The notes: generated by a model not told the origin, from the sequence alone. Positions 21,964-33,671 are shown, numbered from the stretch's first letter. The stretch: 64,000 nt of DNA from Candidatus Oxydemutatoraceae bacterium (GCA_965220085.1 CBDCOZ010000003.1:704001-768000), one strand, 5' to 3'. A program made the numbers and translations.

Positions 21964-22715
21964 CCTTCATGCCATTGCAAGTATCACAGCAACTGTCGCA
22001 GTGGTACGGCACCCCCAAGGGGCGGCAACTGTTGCAAGAGACGACCGCGGTAATCACCCCCTGGCTGTCGGAACTGACGGGGTATTATGCTGTCAAGCTG
22101 TCGTACTTTGATGATGGCGAGGACTGGGGCAAGGCCGGGCATATCCAATCGCAATTATCGGTCGCGCCCGTTGCTTCCGATAAGAGTCATGTGGCGAGCG
22201 ACTTCGCCATGTTGCCGTTTGATGCCGACAGCGTTGATCTGGTCATAGCGCACCATGTGTTTGAATTCGTTGACAACCCGCACGCCTTGTTGCGCGAGGC
22301 GCATCGCATACTGATTCCCGACGGGCAATGCATCATCATCTCGTTCAATCCGTTCGGAATATATGGCGCGATGAAACCGTTTAAGCGCAGAGCGACAATA
22401 CCGTGGCGCGGACATTTCTTTTCGTCGTATCGTATTCGCGATTGGCTGTCGGTGCTTGATTTTGAGGTCTGTCAGGCAAACTATTTCGCGCCGCCGTGTT
22501 TGCGCCTGGAGAAAAGTCACAGCCGTTTGAATTGGTTGCCGACGGCATGCCGTCGCTATCTCCCGATCAGCGGCGGATTGTTCGCGCTATCGGCGACCAA
22601 GCATGTTATGAGCCCGCTCATCAAAGACCTTGGCTGGCGCGCTCCGGCCGCTATCCCAAGCGGCAGAATAGCGCCTCCGACGACTTCGCAACCCTGTCAA
22701 TGCCGCGAGCGATGA
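21954..22715 (+). CDS. Class I SAM-dependent methyltransferase (YafS-like)
   Basis: LPFDADSVDLVIAHH..EF..NPH.LLRE..R.L.PDG; upstream of rnhA. Confidence 0.8.
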   Translation: MGLTFMPLQVSQQLSQWYGTPKGRQLLQETTAVITPWLSELTGYYAVKLSYFDDGEDWGKAGHIQSQLSVAPVASDKSHVASDFAMLPFDADSVDLVIAHHVFEFVDNPHALLREAHRILIPDGQCIIISFNPFGIYGAMKPFKRRATIPWRGHFFSSYRIRDWLSVLDFEVCQANYFAPPCLRLEKSHSRLNWLPTACRRYLPISGGLFALSATKHVMSPLIKDLGWRAPAAIPSGRIAPPTTSQPCQCRER

Positions 22716-23188
22716 GCGATTCGCGTCTTAAAATATATACCGACGGCGCCTGTAGCGGCAATCCCGGCCCCGGCGGTTGGGCGGCGCTGCTGGTTTGGGA
22801 CGGGCGCCATAAAGCGGTCGCCGGGGCATCGCCGGATACCACCAACAACCGCATGGAATTGATGGCGGCGATTGGCGGCTTATCGGCGGTGAAGAAAAAA
22901 TGCCCTATTTGTTTGACGACCGACTCCACGTATTTGCGCGATGGGATCACACAGTGGTTGCCCAAGTGGAAGCGCAACGGGTGGCAAACGGCGCAGCGCA
23001 AAGCCGTGCGCAACAAAGATTTGTGGGAGCGTTTGGATGCGCTCGTCGCGCAGTTTGACATACAGTGGGAGTGGGTCAAAGGACACAGCGGTCATCGCTA
23101 CAACGATATGGTTGACGAATTGGCGCGACAGGCGATTAACGGGGCCTCGCCTTTGAATGATTCGGACTCGGACAAACCGGGAGTGTGA
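22712..23188 (+). CDS. rnhA: Ribonuclease HI
   Basis: IYTDGACSGNPGPGG, TTNNRMEL, WVKGHSG. Confidence 0.97.
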   Translation: MSDSRLKIYTDGACSGNPGPGGWAALLVWDGRHKAVAGASPDTTNNRMELMAAIGGLSAVKKKCPICLTTDSTYLRDGITQWLPKWKRNGWQTAQRKAVRNKDLWERLDALVAQFDIQWEWVKGHSGHRYNDMVDELARQAINGASPLNDSDSDKPGV

Positions 23189-23190
23189 CT

Positions 23191-23853
23191 ATGCGACAGA
23201 TTGTAATGGATGCCGAAACAACCGGGCTGGAGGTCAAGGAAGGCAATAGAATCGTTGAAATTGCTTGTATTGAACTGGTCAGCCGCAGTCTGGGCAATCA
23301 GTTTCATCGCTTGATCAACCCGCAACGCAAGAGCGAAGCCGGCGCGCTGAAAGTGCACGGCCTGAGCGATGAAAAGTTGAAAAAGCAACCGCTGTTCCAT
23401 GAGATATGGGATGAGTTGCGCGAATTCGTCAAGGACGCCGAGGTGATAATCCACAACGCGCCTTTTGATCTCTCCTTTCTTGATGCCGAGTTGGAGCGCA
23501 TGGGACGCGGCGGTTTTCTGGAAGAAACAAACTGCACCGCCTTTGACACTTTGGATCTTGCGCGCGCGCTCCACCCCGGAGCGGGGCATAGTTTGGATAT
23601 GCTGAGCGACCGCTACGGAATCGATCGGTCGCAGCGCGCCGAGTACCATAGCGCGATAGTCGATACCGAGCTTTTGGCCAGAGTCTATTTTGCAATGACA
23701 AGCGGTCAGGCAACGATGGCTTTTGCCGCCGAGAGCGGCGCGGATGACACAGATATTGAAATAAGCCTCGATGGCGAAGGCTTGCCGGTTATCCGGGCGG
23801 ATGCGGATGAGCGCCGCAAACACGATGATTTTATGAAGCAGGCTGCGAAATAA
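23191..23853 (+). CDS. dnaQ: DNA polymerase III epsilon subunit
   Basis: D.ETTGL, HNAPFD..FL, H.A..D exonuclease motifs; follows rnhA. Confidence 0.95.
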   Translation: MRQIVMDAETTGLEVKEGNRIVEIACIELVSRSLGNQFHRLINPQRKSEAGALKVHGLSDEKLKKQPLFHEIWDELREFVKDAEVIIHNAPFDLSFLDAELERMGRGGFLEETNCTAFDTLDLARALHPGAGHSLDMLSDRYGIDRSQRAEYHSAIVDTELLARVYFAMTSGQATMAFAAESGADDTDIEISLDGEGLPVIRADADERRKHDDFMKQAAK

Positions 23854-23975
23854 CTGCCGTTTCTTATAGGAAATTTCCGAACTGGCGGGAATTCTATGCG
23901 GATAGCATATATACCTGTTATTATGGTAAGACTTAACTATTTAATTTATATTTGTAGCAATGAGAGGAGTACAAA

Positions 23976-24236
23976 ATGAAGAAATATAAAGTTATATGCA
24001 TATCCGCACTCGCTTCCGTCTTGTTATTCGGATGCGGCGGCGAACCGGAAGGCATGTGGGAAGCGACCGTTACCTCATCGCAAAACGGCAAAGAGGAAGC
24101 GGTCGGTCAGTATATGAGCCGTGACGAATGCCAGCATGCCGGTTTGATGCACATTGCGGGTGACAAGGAGCAAGCGCACAAGCGAATGGAGAGAAACAAA
24201 ATGGCGGTGAGTTGCTCTTTTGTTCCGGCTAGTTAG
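23976..24236 (+). CDS. Small putative lipoprotein
   Basis: AGGAG RBS; LLFGC lipobox. Confidence 0.6.
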   Translation: MKKYKVICISALASVLLFGCGGEPEGMWEATVTSSQNGKEEAVGQYMSRDECQHAGLMHIAGDKEQAHKRMERNKMAVSCSFVPAS

Positions 24237-25110
24237 CATATCCGGACCTCTTCCGTATGACAGTTGCAATGGCCGAGGAATCAAACTCGCCATTGCCTTC
24301 TGCCACGAGTTGTCGCATGTGCCTAAGCGCGCGCTTTGCCCCCGGCAAATCAAGTTGCATTTCGTCGGCAAGGGTATCGACGATACGCAAATCTTTCAGG
24401 TGCAGACGCGCCTTGAATCCGGGGGCGAAGTCCTGATTGAGGATTCTCGCGCCGTGTATTTCAAGGACTTTGCTGCCGGCAAACCCTCCGAGCAGGGCTT
24501 GTTGCACGAGTTTGGCATCCGCCCCCGCGGCTTGCGCGAGGATCAGCATCTCCGCGGTTGCCGCGATGGTCTGCGCAACCAGCAGTTGGTTGCAGGCTTT
24601 GGCAACTTGCCCGGCGCCGTGCCCTCCGATGCGGACGATATTGCTTCCCATCGCTTTCAGTATCGGCAAAGCCCGATGAAAGATCGCTTCGTCGCCGCCG
24701 ACCATAACGGAGAGCGCGCCGTCGATAGCCCCTTGCTCGCCGCCTGAGACAGGCGCATCCAATGCGTGAACTTTGTTCTCGGCAAGCCGTTGCGCAATCG
24801 TTTTGCTGAGCGCGGGGGCAATGGTGCTCATGTCAATGACGACGCTATCCGCGGCAGCCCCGAAGATGATGCCATCGTCTCCCAGAGTGACTGCTTCGAC
24901 GTCCGGGGTATCGGACAACATCGTTATGCAAAAATCCGCGGCGGCCGCGGCGGCGGCCGGGCTGTCGCAGACGGTCACCGCCGAGGATTCAAAGTCGGCG
25001 AGCGTCTGCGCCCGTCGGGCGTAAACCGATAGCCGGTATCCCGCTTTCAACAGGTTTGCGGCCATCGGTTTCCCCATGATTCCAAGACCGATAAATGCGA
25101 TTTTTTTCAT
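24229..25110 (-). CDS. NAD(P)-dependent beta-hydroxyacid dehydrogenase (tartronate semialdehyde reductase-like)
   Basis: FIGLGIMGKPMA, DAPVSGG, GAGQVAKACNQ, KDL. Confidence 0.9.
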   Translation of the reverse strand: MKKIAFIGLGIMGKPMAANLLKAGYRLSVYARRAQTLADFESSAVTVCDSPAAAAAAADFCITMLSDTPDVEAVTLGDDGIIFGAAADSVVIDMSTIAPALSKTIAQRLAENKVHALDAPVSGGEQGAIDGALSVMVGGDEAIFHRALPILKAMGSNIVRIGGHGAGQVAKACNQLLVAQTIAATAEMLILAQAAGADAKLVQQALLGGFAGSKVLEIHGARILNQDFAPGFKARLHLKDLRIVDTLADEMQLDLPGAKRALRHMRQLVAEGNGEFDSSAIATVIRKRSGYAN

Positions 25111-25144
25111 TGCGGTAAAATAGCCGTTCCCAATCGTTTGTCCG

Positions 25145-26194
25145 ATGAAAGCATATTTTAACGAATTACCCGGTTTGCTGAAAAAAGGTCTTGCGCCTTT
25201 TTATCTGATTTCCGGCGAAGAGCCTCTGCAGCGCATGGAAGCGACCGATATGATACGCGCGGCGGCGGACAGAGCGGGCTACCGCAACCGCGAGTTTTTC
25301 TTTGTCGAAGGGGACTTTGACTGGAATACGCTCACGCTGTCGTCCGGCAATGTGTCGCTGTTCGGCGGCAAGCAGTTTCTGGATATTCGCTTGCAGACCA
25401 ATAAGCTCGGCAGCGCCGGCGCGGCATTCCTGCAGTCGGTTTTGGACACCCCGTGTGATGACCGGCTGTTTTTAGTGCAAGCGGACAAAGCGGACGGACG
25501 TTTGGCATGGGTAAAGAAGGCAGCGAAAGCGGGGGTCTGGGTGCAAGTGTATCAAAAGAATATGCGCGATATGAAAGCCTGGCTTGGCGAGCGCGCCCTG
25601 CGCGCCGGTTTGACCGCGGAGGACGGGGTGATTCACTTCATCGCGCAGTATTCCGAAGGCAATATGCTTGCCGCGGCACAGGAGGTGGACAAGCTCGGAC
25701 TATCGGTCAAGGACAAAAGTCGGGCAATCCGGTTGCAAGATGTCGAGCAGGCGATCACCAATAGCGCGCACTATACCGTTTGGGATCTTGCCGATGCGGT
25801 GGCTGTCGGCGATGCGCATCGCGCGGTGCGGATACTGTGCGGTTTGGAAACCGACAACGCGCCGCTGCCGTTGGTAATCTGGGCATTGGCCGATCAATTC
25901 CGCAAAATGGCGGCGATGCAGCAACAGATTGCAGAAGGCGCTTCGCCGGAGAGCGCGCTGCGATCGGTTTGGAAAAGCCGCCAGCCTGTTTTGCGCAAAG
26001 CGCTCGCCAGAAAACTGCGCCCCGGCTGGTGGAATGAAATGTTACACGGTTGCTATCAGGTGGACAAAGCGATCAAGGGGCACGGGCAAGACGAAAGTTG
26101 GAATGAGTTATTGCGGATTGTTATGCGGGGGGTCGGCATTGCGCCGTTGCGCAAGCCCAAGACCGCGCTGATGATTCCGGCAGCGGCGCGTTGA
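25145..26194 (+). CDS. holA: DNA polymerase III delta subunit
   Basis: YLISGEEPL, SLFG, EGNMLAAAQEVDKL. Confidence 0.92.
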   Translation: MKAYFNELPGLLKKGLAPFYLISGEEPLQRMEATDMIRAAADRAGYRNREFFFVEGDFDWNTLTLSSGNVSLFGGKQFLDIRLQTNKLGSAGAAFLQSVLDTPCDDRLFLVQADKADGRLAWVKKAAKAGVWVQVYQKNMRDMKAWLGERALRAGLTAEDGVIHFIAQYSEGNMLAAAQEVDKLGLSVKDKSRAIRLQDVEQAITNSAHYTVWDLADAVAVGDAHRAVRILCGLETDNAPLPLVIWALADQFRKMAAMQQQIAEGASPESALRSVWKSRQPVLRKALARKLRPGWWNEMLHGCYQVDKAIKGHGQDESWNELLRIVMRGVGIAPLRKPKTALMIPAAAR

Positions 26195-26203
26195 TGGCGG
26201 GGC

Positions 26204-29200
26204 ATGCGGATTCTCTATAGCAGCTCCCCTGTGTCCGGCGCGCAGAAGCTGCGCGCGTTTGAGGCGCTCAGGCAAATTCACCCGGCGGCGGAGGACTTGC
26301 GACTGCGCAAGGTTTATATCCTGGAGATCGATTCCCCGCCGGATGCGGAGGAAGAACGCCGCATCCGCGATCTGTTGCGCGCGCGGCGGCATGACGATAC
26401 CGCGGCGGAGAGTCCGCCGAATCTTTCTTTTTATGTCATGCCGCGTCGCGGCGCTATTTCATCCTGGTCCAGCAAGGCGACCGATATTTTTCACATCTGC
26501 GGTTTGCGCAAGGTGTCGCGAGTCGAGTGCGCCGACCATTATCGTATTGCCTGCCGCAGCGCGCCGCCGCCCGCTGTCATTGACAAGATGATGGGTTCGC
26601 TTTGCGATCGCATGACCGAAGAAGCGCATCGTCATCTGCCGCCGGATATTTTTGCGCATATTGCCACTCGCAAGTTGCGGGTTTTTGCGCTCGACGACAA
26701 CACGGAGGAGCGGTTGTTTGCGCTAAACCGCGAACAAGGCCTGGCGATGACCGAGGCCGAGATCAAACTGCTGGCGGACTACTATCAAAAAAGCGACAAA
26801 CAACCGACCGATGCCGAGTTGATGATGTTTGCGCAAGTGAATTCGGAACATTGCAGGCACAAACTGTTTAACGCCAAATGGACGGTCGATGGCATTCCCC
26901 AAGACCGGACTTTGTTTGAGATGATTCGCCGCACCAGCGCGCGCGCGCCCGCCGGCATATTGTCGGCCTATGATGACAATGCGGCGGTGTTGCAAGGCGC
27001 GGCGGATGCGCGTCATTTCGGGGTCAATCCGCATAATCGGCGCTACGCATACTCGGGCGAGGAGCTCAGTCTCTCGATCAAGGTCGAAACCCACAACCAT
27101 CCGACGGCGATCTCTCCGGCGCCCGGAGCCGCAACCGGATCAGGCGGCGAAATTCGCGACGAAGCGGCCACCGGGCGCGGCGGGCGCTCCAGAATGGGAC
27201 TCATCGGTTTCTGCGTATCCGACCTTGAGATTCCCGCCCATCGGCAAGCGTGGGAAAAAGCGATTTCCCGCCCGCGACATATCGCTTCGCCGTTACAGAT
27301 TATGCTCGATGCGCCGCTCGGCGCGTCGCGCTTTAACAATGAATTTGGGCGTCCCGCCGTCGCCGGTTATTTCAGAACCTTTGAGCAGGTTCAAAACGAA
27401 GCGCACTGGGGTTATCACAAGCCCATCATGCTGGCCGGAGGGCTCGGTGAGTTGTACAAATCCCATATCAACAAAAAGACCTTCCCGGCGGGCGCCGCGC
27501 TGGCGGTGTTCGGCGGCCCGTCCATGCTCATCGGTCTTGGCGGAGGCGCCGCTTCGTCTATGACCGGCGGCGCGGGTTCGCAAGAATTGGATTTTGCATC
27601 GGTACAGCGCGACAACGCGGAGATGCAACGGCGCTGTCAGGAAGTGATCGAGAGTTGTGTCGCTTGCGGCAAGGACAATCCGATTCTCTCGATTCACGAT
27701 GTCGGAGCGGGAGGCCTGTGCAATGCGCTGCCGGAACTCGTCCGCGATGCGGGCGCAGGCGCGGTGTTTGAGCTCGGGAAGATTCCCAGCGCCGACAGCG
27801 GCTTGTCGCCGATGGAACGCTGGTGCAACGAATCGCAAGAGCGCTATGTCGCGGCGATAGATGCGCGGCATCTGGACGCCTTTCTCGGCTTTTGCCGGCG
27901 CGAGCGATGCCCGGCAGCGGTTGTCGGCCGCGCTACCGAAGATCAGCGCATCGTGCTCGCCGACGCCGATGCAGAGCGACACCCGGTCGATATGCCTATG
28001 GATGTCCTGTTCGGCTATTTGCCGCCGGCGCGCCGCGATGTCAAACGGCAGCGGAGGCCGGTGTGTGAGAGCGCGATACCGGGCGAGGGCGCGTTGGACG
28101 AGGCGGTACGGCGCGTTTTGAATCTGCCGGCAGTCGCGTCAAAGTCTTTTCTGATTACGATCGGCGATCGCAGTGTCGGCGGTCTGGTTGCGCGCGATCA
28201 GATGGTAGGGCCGTGGCAAGCGCCGGTCGCCGATGTGGCGGTGAGCGCGGCCGGTTATCAGACATACAGCGGCGAGGCGATGGCGGTCGGCGAGCGCCCC
28301 CCGGTCGCTTTAATCGATGCGTCGGCATCCGCGCGTCTGGCTGTCAGCGAGGCGATCTTGAATATCCTCGCCGCCGATGTCGCGTCTTTGGGCGATATCA
28401 AGTTATCCGCTAACTGGATGGTCGCAGCCGATGAGCCGGGGCAATCGCTCGCCTTGTTTGATGCGGTGAAAGCGGTGGCCGGCGAGTTGTGTCCGGCATT
28501 GGGGATTGCGATTCCGGTCGGCAAAGATTCGGTTTCTATGCGGATGGGTTGGAGCGAAGCGGACGGCGACAGAAAAGTGGTCGCGCCGTTATCGTTGGTC
28601 GTGTCGGCTTTCTCCCCGGTCGGCGATGTGCGAAAGACTCTGACCCCGCAACTAACCGTCGACCGTGATGCGGAAAGTAATACTCCTAATCTGTTTTTTA
28701 TAGATTTGACCGCCGCCGGCAATCATCTGGGCGGTTCGTCTTTGGCACAGGTATTTGATGCGCAAGATTCCGCCGCGCCCGATCTCAAAGACGCCGAGAG
28801 TTTGCTCGGATTTGCGCGCTTATTGCGCGCGTTGCGCGAATGCGACGGCGTTCTCGCCTACCACGATCGTTCCGACGGCGGATTGTTCGTGTGTCTTGCG
28901 GAAATGGCTTTTGCCGGACATTGCGGCATCGATTGCGATTTCAGCGCGTACGGAGACGAGTTGCTGCGCGTGCTGTTCTGCGAAGGGCCGGGCGCTGTCG
29001 TACAACTGAGCCGCGAAGCGATACCCCGGCTGTCGGAGTTGGCCGCACAGTACGGCGCGGATGTAAAACCGCTCGGGGCAGTGACCGCCGAGCGGAATGT
29101 CGTCATGCGTTTCCGCGACCGACGGCGGTCGTGGCCGACGATGCGGCTCAAGGAATGGTGGTCGCAGACATCCTTGCAAATTCGCCTCTTGCGGGACAAT

Positions 29201-30073
29201 CCGCAATGCGCCAAAGCAGAAGCGGAATGCGATTGTGATGCCGATAATCCGGGGCTTTCAAGCAGATTGAGTTTTGACCCTGCGCGGGTCATGATTGCAA
29301 CCGGCGCGCGTCCGAAATTTGCCATCTTGCGCGAGCAAGGCATAAACGGTCAAGCGGAAATGGCGGCGGCGTTTGAGCGCGCCGGTTTTGAAGCGTATGA
29401 CGCGCACACCGGCGACTTGCTTGCCGGCAACGTCAATATCAACGCATTTGACGGCTTTGCGGCCTGCGGCGGGTTTTCTTACGGGGATGTATTGGGCGCC
29501 GGCGTCGGTTGGGCGAGTTCAATCCTGCTTCACAGCATGGTTCGGGAGCAGTTTGAAGAATTTTTTATGCGCCCCGACACGCTGGCTCTCGGCGTCTGTA
29601 ACGGTTGTCAGATGATGGCGCATCTGCGCGAGATTATTCCCGGCAGCGAACGCTGGCCGCGGTTTGAACCGAATCTGTCGGGCAGGTTTGAAAGCCGTCT
29701 GACCGGCGTTGAAATCACACCCTCGCCATCGGTCTTTTTGGCCGGGATGGAAGGTTCGCACATCCCGATCGCGGTCGCCCACGGCGAAGGCCGCGCTGTT
29801 TTTGATAGCGCAAAAGATGCGGCGATGAGCGAACAGGTCTGCATGCGCTATATTGATAATCATGGCCGCAGCAACCCGTGCTATCCGTATAACCCGAACG
29901 GCAGTGCGGAAGGCATCACCGGCGTGTGCAACGCGAACGGTCGGGTGACGATCATGATGCCGCACCCCGAGCGGGTGTTTAGAAGCGTGCAGTTTTCCTG
30001 GTGTCCGCCCGAATGGGAAGGCGACAGCCCGTGGATGAAAATGTTTGGGAATGCGCGTAGTTGGTTTGATTGA
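26204..30073 (+). CDS. purL: Phosphoribosylformylglycinamidine synthase (large type)
   Basis: [33 protein letters not shown]. Confidence 0.98.
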   Translation: MRILYSSSPVSGAQKLRAFEALRQIHPAAEDLRLRKVYILEIDSPPDAEEERRIRDLLRARRHDDTAAESPPNLSFYVMPRRGAISSWSSKATDIFHICGLRKVSRVECADHYRIACRSAPPPAVIDKMMGSLCDRMTEEAHRHLPPDIFAHIATRKLRVFALDDNTEERLFALNREQGLAMTEAEIKLLADYYQKSDKQPTDAELMMFAQVNSEHCRHKLFNAKWTVDGIPQDRTLFEMIRRTSARAPAGILSAYDDNAAVLQGAADARHFGVNPHNRRYAYSGEELSLSIKVETHNHPTAISPAPGAATGSGGEIRDEAATGRGGRSRMGLIGFCVSDLEIPAHRQAWEKAISRPRHIASPLQIMLDAPLGASRFNNEFGRPAVAGYFRTFEQVQNEAHWGYHKPIMLAGGLGELYKSHINKKTFPAGAALAVFGGPSMLIGLGGGAASSMTGGAGSQELDFASVQRDNAEMQRRCQEVIESCVACGKDNPILSIHDVGAGGLCNALPELVRDAGAGAVFELGKIPSADSGLSPMERWCNESQERYVAAIDARHLDAFLGFCRRERCPAAVVGRATEDQRIVLADADAERHPVDMPMDVLFGYLPPARRDVKRQRRPVCESAIPGEGALDEAVRRVLNLPAVASKSFLITIGDRSVGGLVARDQMVGPWQAPVADVAVSAAGYQTYSGEAMAVGERPPVALIDASASARLAVSEAILNILAADVASLGDIKLSANWMVAADEPGQSLALFDAVKAVAGELCPALGIAIPVGKDSVSMRMGWSEADGDRKVVAPLSLVVSAFSPVGDVRKTLTPQLTVDRDAESNTPNLFFIDLTAAGNHLGGSSLAQVFDAQDSAAPDLKDAESLLGFARLLRALRECDGVLAYHDRSDGGLFVCLAEMAFAGHCGIDCDFSAYGDELLRVLFCEGPGAVVQLSREAIPRLSELAAQYGADVKPLGAVTAERNVVMRFRDRRRSWPTMRLKEWWSQTSLQIRLLRDNPQCAKAEAECDCDADNPGLSSRLSFDPARVMIATGARPKFAILREQGINGQAEMAAAFERAGFEAYDAHTGDLLAGNVNINAFDGFAACGGFSYGDVLGAGVGWASSILLHSMVREQFEEFFMRPDTLALGVCNGCQMMAHLREIIPGSERWPRFEPNLSGRFESRLTGVEITPSPSVFLAGMEGSHIPIAVAHGEGRAVFDSAKDAAMSEQVCMRYIDNHGRSNPCYPYNPNGSAEGITGVCNANGRVTIMMPHPERVFRSVQFSWCPPEWEGDSPWMKMFGNARSWFD

Positions 30074-30156
30074 GATGCCCTATAATACGGGCGCTCCGAA
30101 CGGCCGCTGCTGATTGGCTGCCGGGGCAAGCGCGCACTTTAATTTAAGCAATAGTT

Positions 30157-30741
30157 ATGCCGACCAGAATCCTTGTTCACGCCTTGTGCCTGCTGCCTAT
30201 GATATGGCTGCTCGCCTTGGCATACCGCTCCGGTCTCGGCGCCAATCCGATCGAATACATCACGCGCTACAGCGGCGATTGGACATTGCGCATGCTTTTG
30301 ATCACGCTGACATTCAGGCCTGTCGCGCACATCTTGCGGCGGCCGTTTTTGTTACGCTATCGTCGCGCGGCAGGCCTGTATACTTTTGCCTATGCTTTCA
30401 GCCACTTCACAACCTATCTGTGGCTCGATCAATTCTTTGATTGGTTGTCTATCGTTGAGGATATCGCCGAACGGCCTTTCATACTCGCCGGGTTTACTTC
30501 TTTCGTTCTGATGATACCGCTTGCGCTGACATCCAACGATTGGTCCGTACGGTTGCTACAGAACCGCTGGAAAACACTGCATCGTCTGGTTTATCTGATA
30601 GCGATCGTGGGGCTCGTCCATTATTGGTGGCTGGTGCGGGCCGACTTTTTGAAAGCGTCGGTCTACCTCGTCATGTTGACGATCTTACTCGGCTACAGGG
30701 CATATTTTTCGGTCTTCGTGCGGGAAATTCTCAAGCGGTGA
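30157..30741 (+). CDS. msrQ: Methionine sulfoxide reductase heme-binding subunit
   Basis: GANP, RRAAGLY, PLALTS, WKTLHRLVY..HY.W. Confidence 0.9.
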   Translation: MPTRILVHALCLLPMIWLLALAYRSGLGANPIEYITRYSGDWTLRMLLITLTFRPVAHILRRPFLLRYRRAAGLYTFAYAFSHFTTYLWLDQFFDWLSIVEDIAERPFILAGFTSFVLMIPLALTSNDWSVRLLQNRWKTLHRLVYLIAIVGLVHYWWLVRADFLKASVYLVMLTILLGYRAYFSVFVREILKR

Positions 30742-30993
30742 TAAACGGCTTCCCCTATTTTGCGGTGTCCTCGCTTATACCCTTGCTGGCCCTGCGGCTG
30801 CGCCTTTTCCTTCAAGATCCTTGCAATAATGCGGGTATCCTGCGGCAGAGCAGGGGAGTATTACGGGGCGCAGACAAGGGGAGCGAGGCAGGATATACAG
30901 GCACTTGCAAATGATTGACACTGTGGTATAGTGCGCTAAATGAGGGAAACAATGAACAATTCAACTCTTGTAAATGACTCGCACCTTGTGGCA
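30622..30993 (+). repeat. 372-bp direct repeat copy 1 (msrQ 3' end + degenerate tail/hairpin + promoters)
   Basis: Near-identical to 34886..35257. Confidence 0.9.
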
Positions 30994-31150
30994 CGGCTAT
31001 GTACCACAAACAACATTCATATGTGTGCAAACGATACGAGACCACAAACGATATTTAATCGCTTGTGCTCCATAAACTGTTTGCGGATTGTTTATAATGT
31101 GACTGGTTGCACAACTGTATTCACTAGCTCAGGCGATAAGGAGTAATGCC

Positions 31151-31781
31151 ATGAAACGAAAGATTTATAATACTACCCCCCCCCCCCCCCCCCCGCTGTG
31201 TAAATAAGGGGATTGCGGGCACTTGGCTGTATCGCCTCGCCGCCCGCTTTCTGCAAGCACTTCGCCCCTTCCCGCACTGGCGGGTAACACTAACCCGGCG
31301 TAGCCTCCGAGCACTGGTTCTGCTCGCCCTGCTCACCCTCTGCACTCAAGCGCAGGCGGCCGCGCCGATGATTGATCTGGACAGCATCATAAAAGTTCCC
31401 ATCAACGCAACCGCAGAAAATCCGTACTTCTTCAAAGCATCCGACTTTCCTTTTAGAGATGCCGATGGCGATGAACTGGAAATCGTGCACATACTCGGTG
31501 CCCCTGATGAGTCACAAGGCATATTGAGGGTGGGATCCACCGTTCTGACCGATCAGAATACGGCAGGTGCTGGTTTTGATGTGGCGGTGACCGACATCGG
31601 CACCATAAGCTACTATCCGATAGCGGGCCAATCCCCCAGAGTACACTCCGCCAGCTTTTTGTACTGGGTAACTGCCGGCGGCGACCTGTCCGATACTGGT
31701 GGTAGCATACGCATAGACCTGGTGCCACCACCGACCCTGCGGTTGCGCTTGCGCCTTTTCCTTGAGGGCCCGTTGCGGTAG
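31151..31781 (+). CDS. LEGPLR-tail secreted protein 3 (single cadherin/Ig-like domain), frameshifted at poly-C (19 C)
   Basis: ATG 31151 MKRKIYNTTPPPPPPLCK*; one C fewer gives RCVNKG...HWRVTLTRRSLRALVLLALLTLCTQAQA|AAPM in frame with ORF 31368..31781 ending LRLRLRLFLEGPLR. Confidence 0.8.
31176..31194 (+). repeat. poly-C tract (19)
   Basis: C x19. Confidence 0.9.
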
Positions 31782-31921
31782 TGCGTAGCTACAGCGAGGA
31801 GAGTGTTATGAGGCGCGCAAGAGGATGGAACAGGATACCAAGATACTTATGGACGTCTTTGTGGCGGAAGCGCTCATTGCGCAACCGCCTTCGCGAGACC
31901 CAAACCATAAGGAGAAATGCG

Positions 31922-33532
31922 ATGAACTACGAAATTTTTGATACTGCCCCCCGGCACCGGCAGGCAACGATGACGCGGCGTAGCTTCTGGTTGCCAGTTC
32001 TGCTTGCCCTGTTCGCTGTCTGCGCTCAGGCGCAGGCGCAAAATGCCACCGGCATACCGGCGGTCACCTACGCCAGCGGCATAATCGCTCCCACCGAAGA
32101 TTCCGCCATCACCGCCAACGGCGGCAGCGGTTCCACCGCCATAGCCGACACCGATGGCTTGGGCACTTTCAGTTGGCAGTGGAGTGCGGCCGATACCAAC
32201 GGCGGCGACTACGCCGACATCGCCATGGCGACCAATGCCGCATTCACTCCCGGCGATGATGAGGTGGGCAAGTTCCTGCGGGTCTGCGCATCTTTCAGAG
32301 ATAACGCCGGCAACAACGAGGAGCGATGCCTGCCGATAGCCACCGCCGTGGCCAACATCAACGACAAGCCGGTGCCCGTCGCCAACACAATTTCGGTGAG
32401 CACCACCGCCGATGCCGACAATCCTTATGTCTTCTCTGCGGATGACTTTCCATTCACGGATGTGGACGGCGACATGCTGGCGGGCATCGAAATAGCCGCC
32501 CTGCCAGGAAGAGATTCTACAGCCGGGCCAGGCAGTCCGGGCACCCTGGCATTGAACGGAACGGCCTTGACCGCTGTCCCCGCAAGCACCATCACCGTAG
32601 CCCAACTGGAGGCCGGCGCTCTGACCTATTACCCGCCAGAGGGCGAGCAACCCACCAACCCCAATGACCCCTTTGCCAGATTAGCCTTCTTCGGCTTTGA
32701 TGTGGTGGACGATGGCAGTGATGGCAACACCAACAATGTCAGCAATGTGGGCAGAACCATAGACATACGACTGGTGTCGGTGAATCAGACTGCCGCCAGC
32801 GGCAGACCCAGAATAGTAGTGCTGAATGTTCCCACCGATATCCACACCCACGCTGAGGGCACCCAACTGAGAGCCGACACCAGAGACATCGTTGAACCCA
32901 ACGGCATAGACCGCAGCACTCTGGAGTGGCAATGGCAGTTATCCTCTGTCGGCGATGGTGTCTTTGCCGACATAAGCGGCGCCACCGGAGGCACATTCAC
33001 CCCGGGCCATGCCCATGTGGGCATGCACATCCGCGTCTGCGCCAGTTTTATGGACAATCACGCCATGCCGGAGACTGTGGAAGACCTGTGCTCCGCCTCT
33101 ATCCGGGTGACTAATGCCAACGATGCCCCGGTGGCGCAAGACCACGCTATAAATGTGTCTGTGGATGCCACCATGGCCAACCCCTACGCTTTCAGCACAG
33201 ACGACTTTCCCTTTGACGATGAGGACGATGACAATCTGGCCAGTGTCATTCTGGAATCGTTGCCGCAATCCGGCGCCTTGCGCAACGGCTCCGCCGCCGC
33301 CGCGGTCGGCGATATCATAGCGGCCGATGCTATAGACGATCTGACGTACTATCCGGCCGCCGAGCAGAATGTCCAGACCGGCTACGCAAGATTCGACTTC
33401 AAGGTGACCGACGATGGCAGCGATGGCAGCGACAACAGGACCAGTGCCAACACCGCCGCCATCACCATCAATCTGGTGCCGGCCAACCTGCGCCTGCGCT
33501 TGCGCCTCTTCCTTGAGGGCCCGTTGCGGTAG
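31922..33532 (+). CDS. LEGPLR-tail secreted protein 4 (Ig-like and cadherin-like domains)
   Basis: AGGAG RBS; MNYEIFDTAP...TRRSFWLPVLLALFAVCAQAQA; SWQWS/EWQWQ Ig-like and DFPF.D.D.D.L cadherin-like repeats; tail NLRLRLRLFLEGPLR. Confidence 0.88.
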   Translation: MNYEIFDTAPRHRQATMTRRSFWLPVLLALFAVCAQAQAQNATGIPAVTYASGIIAPTEDSAITANGGSGSTAIADTDGLGTFSWQWSAADTNGGDYADIAMATNAAFTPGDDEVGKFLRVCASFRDNAGNNEERCLPIATAVANINDKPVPVANTISVSTTADADNPYVFSADDFPFTDVDGDMLAGIEIAALPGRDSTAGPGSPGTLALNGTALTAVPASTITVAQLEAGALTYYPPEGEQPTNPNDPFARLAFFGFDVVDDGSDGNTNNVSNVGRTIDIRLVSVNQTAASGRPRIVVLNVPTDIHTHAEGTQLRADTRDIVEPNGIDRSTLEWQWQLSSVGDGVFADISGATGGTFTPGHAHVGMHIRVCASFMDNHAMPETVEDLCSASIRVTNANDAPVAQDHAINVSVDATMANPYAFSTDDFPFDDEDDDNLASVILESLPQSGALRNGSAAAAVGDIIAADAIDDLTYYPAAEQNVQTGYARFDFKVTDDGSDGSDNRTSANTAAITINLVPANLRLRLRLFLEGPLR

Positions 33533-33671
33533 TGCGTAGCCGCGGAGAAGGATAGTTATGAGGCGCACAAGAGGATGGAACAGGATATCAGGATACTTGC
33601 GGATGGCTTTGTGGCGGAAGCGCTCACTGCGCAACCGCATTCACGAGATACAAACCATAAGGAGAAATGCG

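Noticed and set aside
5186-30073. Numerous antisense and overlapping ORFs in the housekeeping block (e.g. 7213..8232, 19635..20507, 20215..21186)
   Set aside because: Shadows of well-conserved genes in GC-rich DNA with no recognisable motifs.
30157-30741. msrQ without adjacent msrP
   Set aside because: The partner may lie elsewhere in the genome; cannot be judged from this window.
31970-31995. Tat export of the tail family (TRRSF motif)
   Set aside because: RR is not conserved (TWRSL, TRLSL in paralogues), so Tat cannot be claimed for the family.
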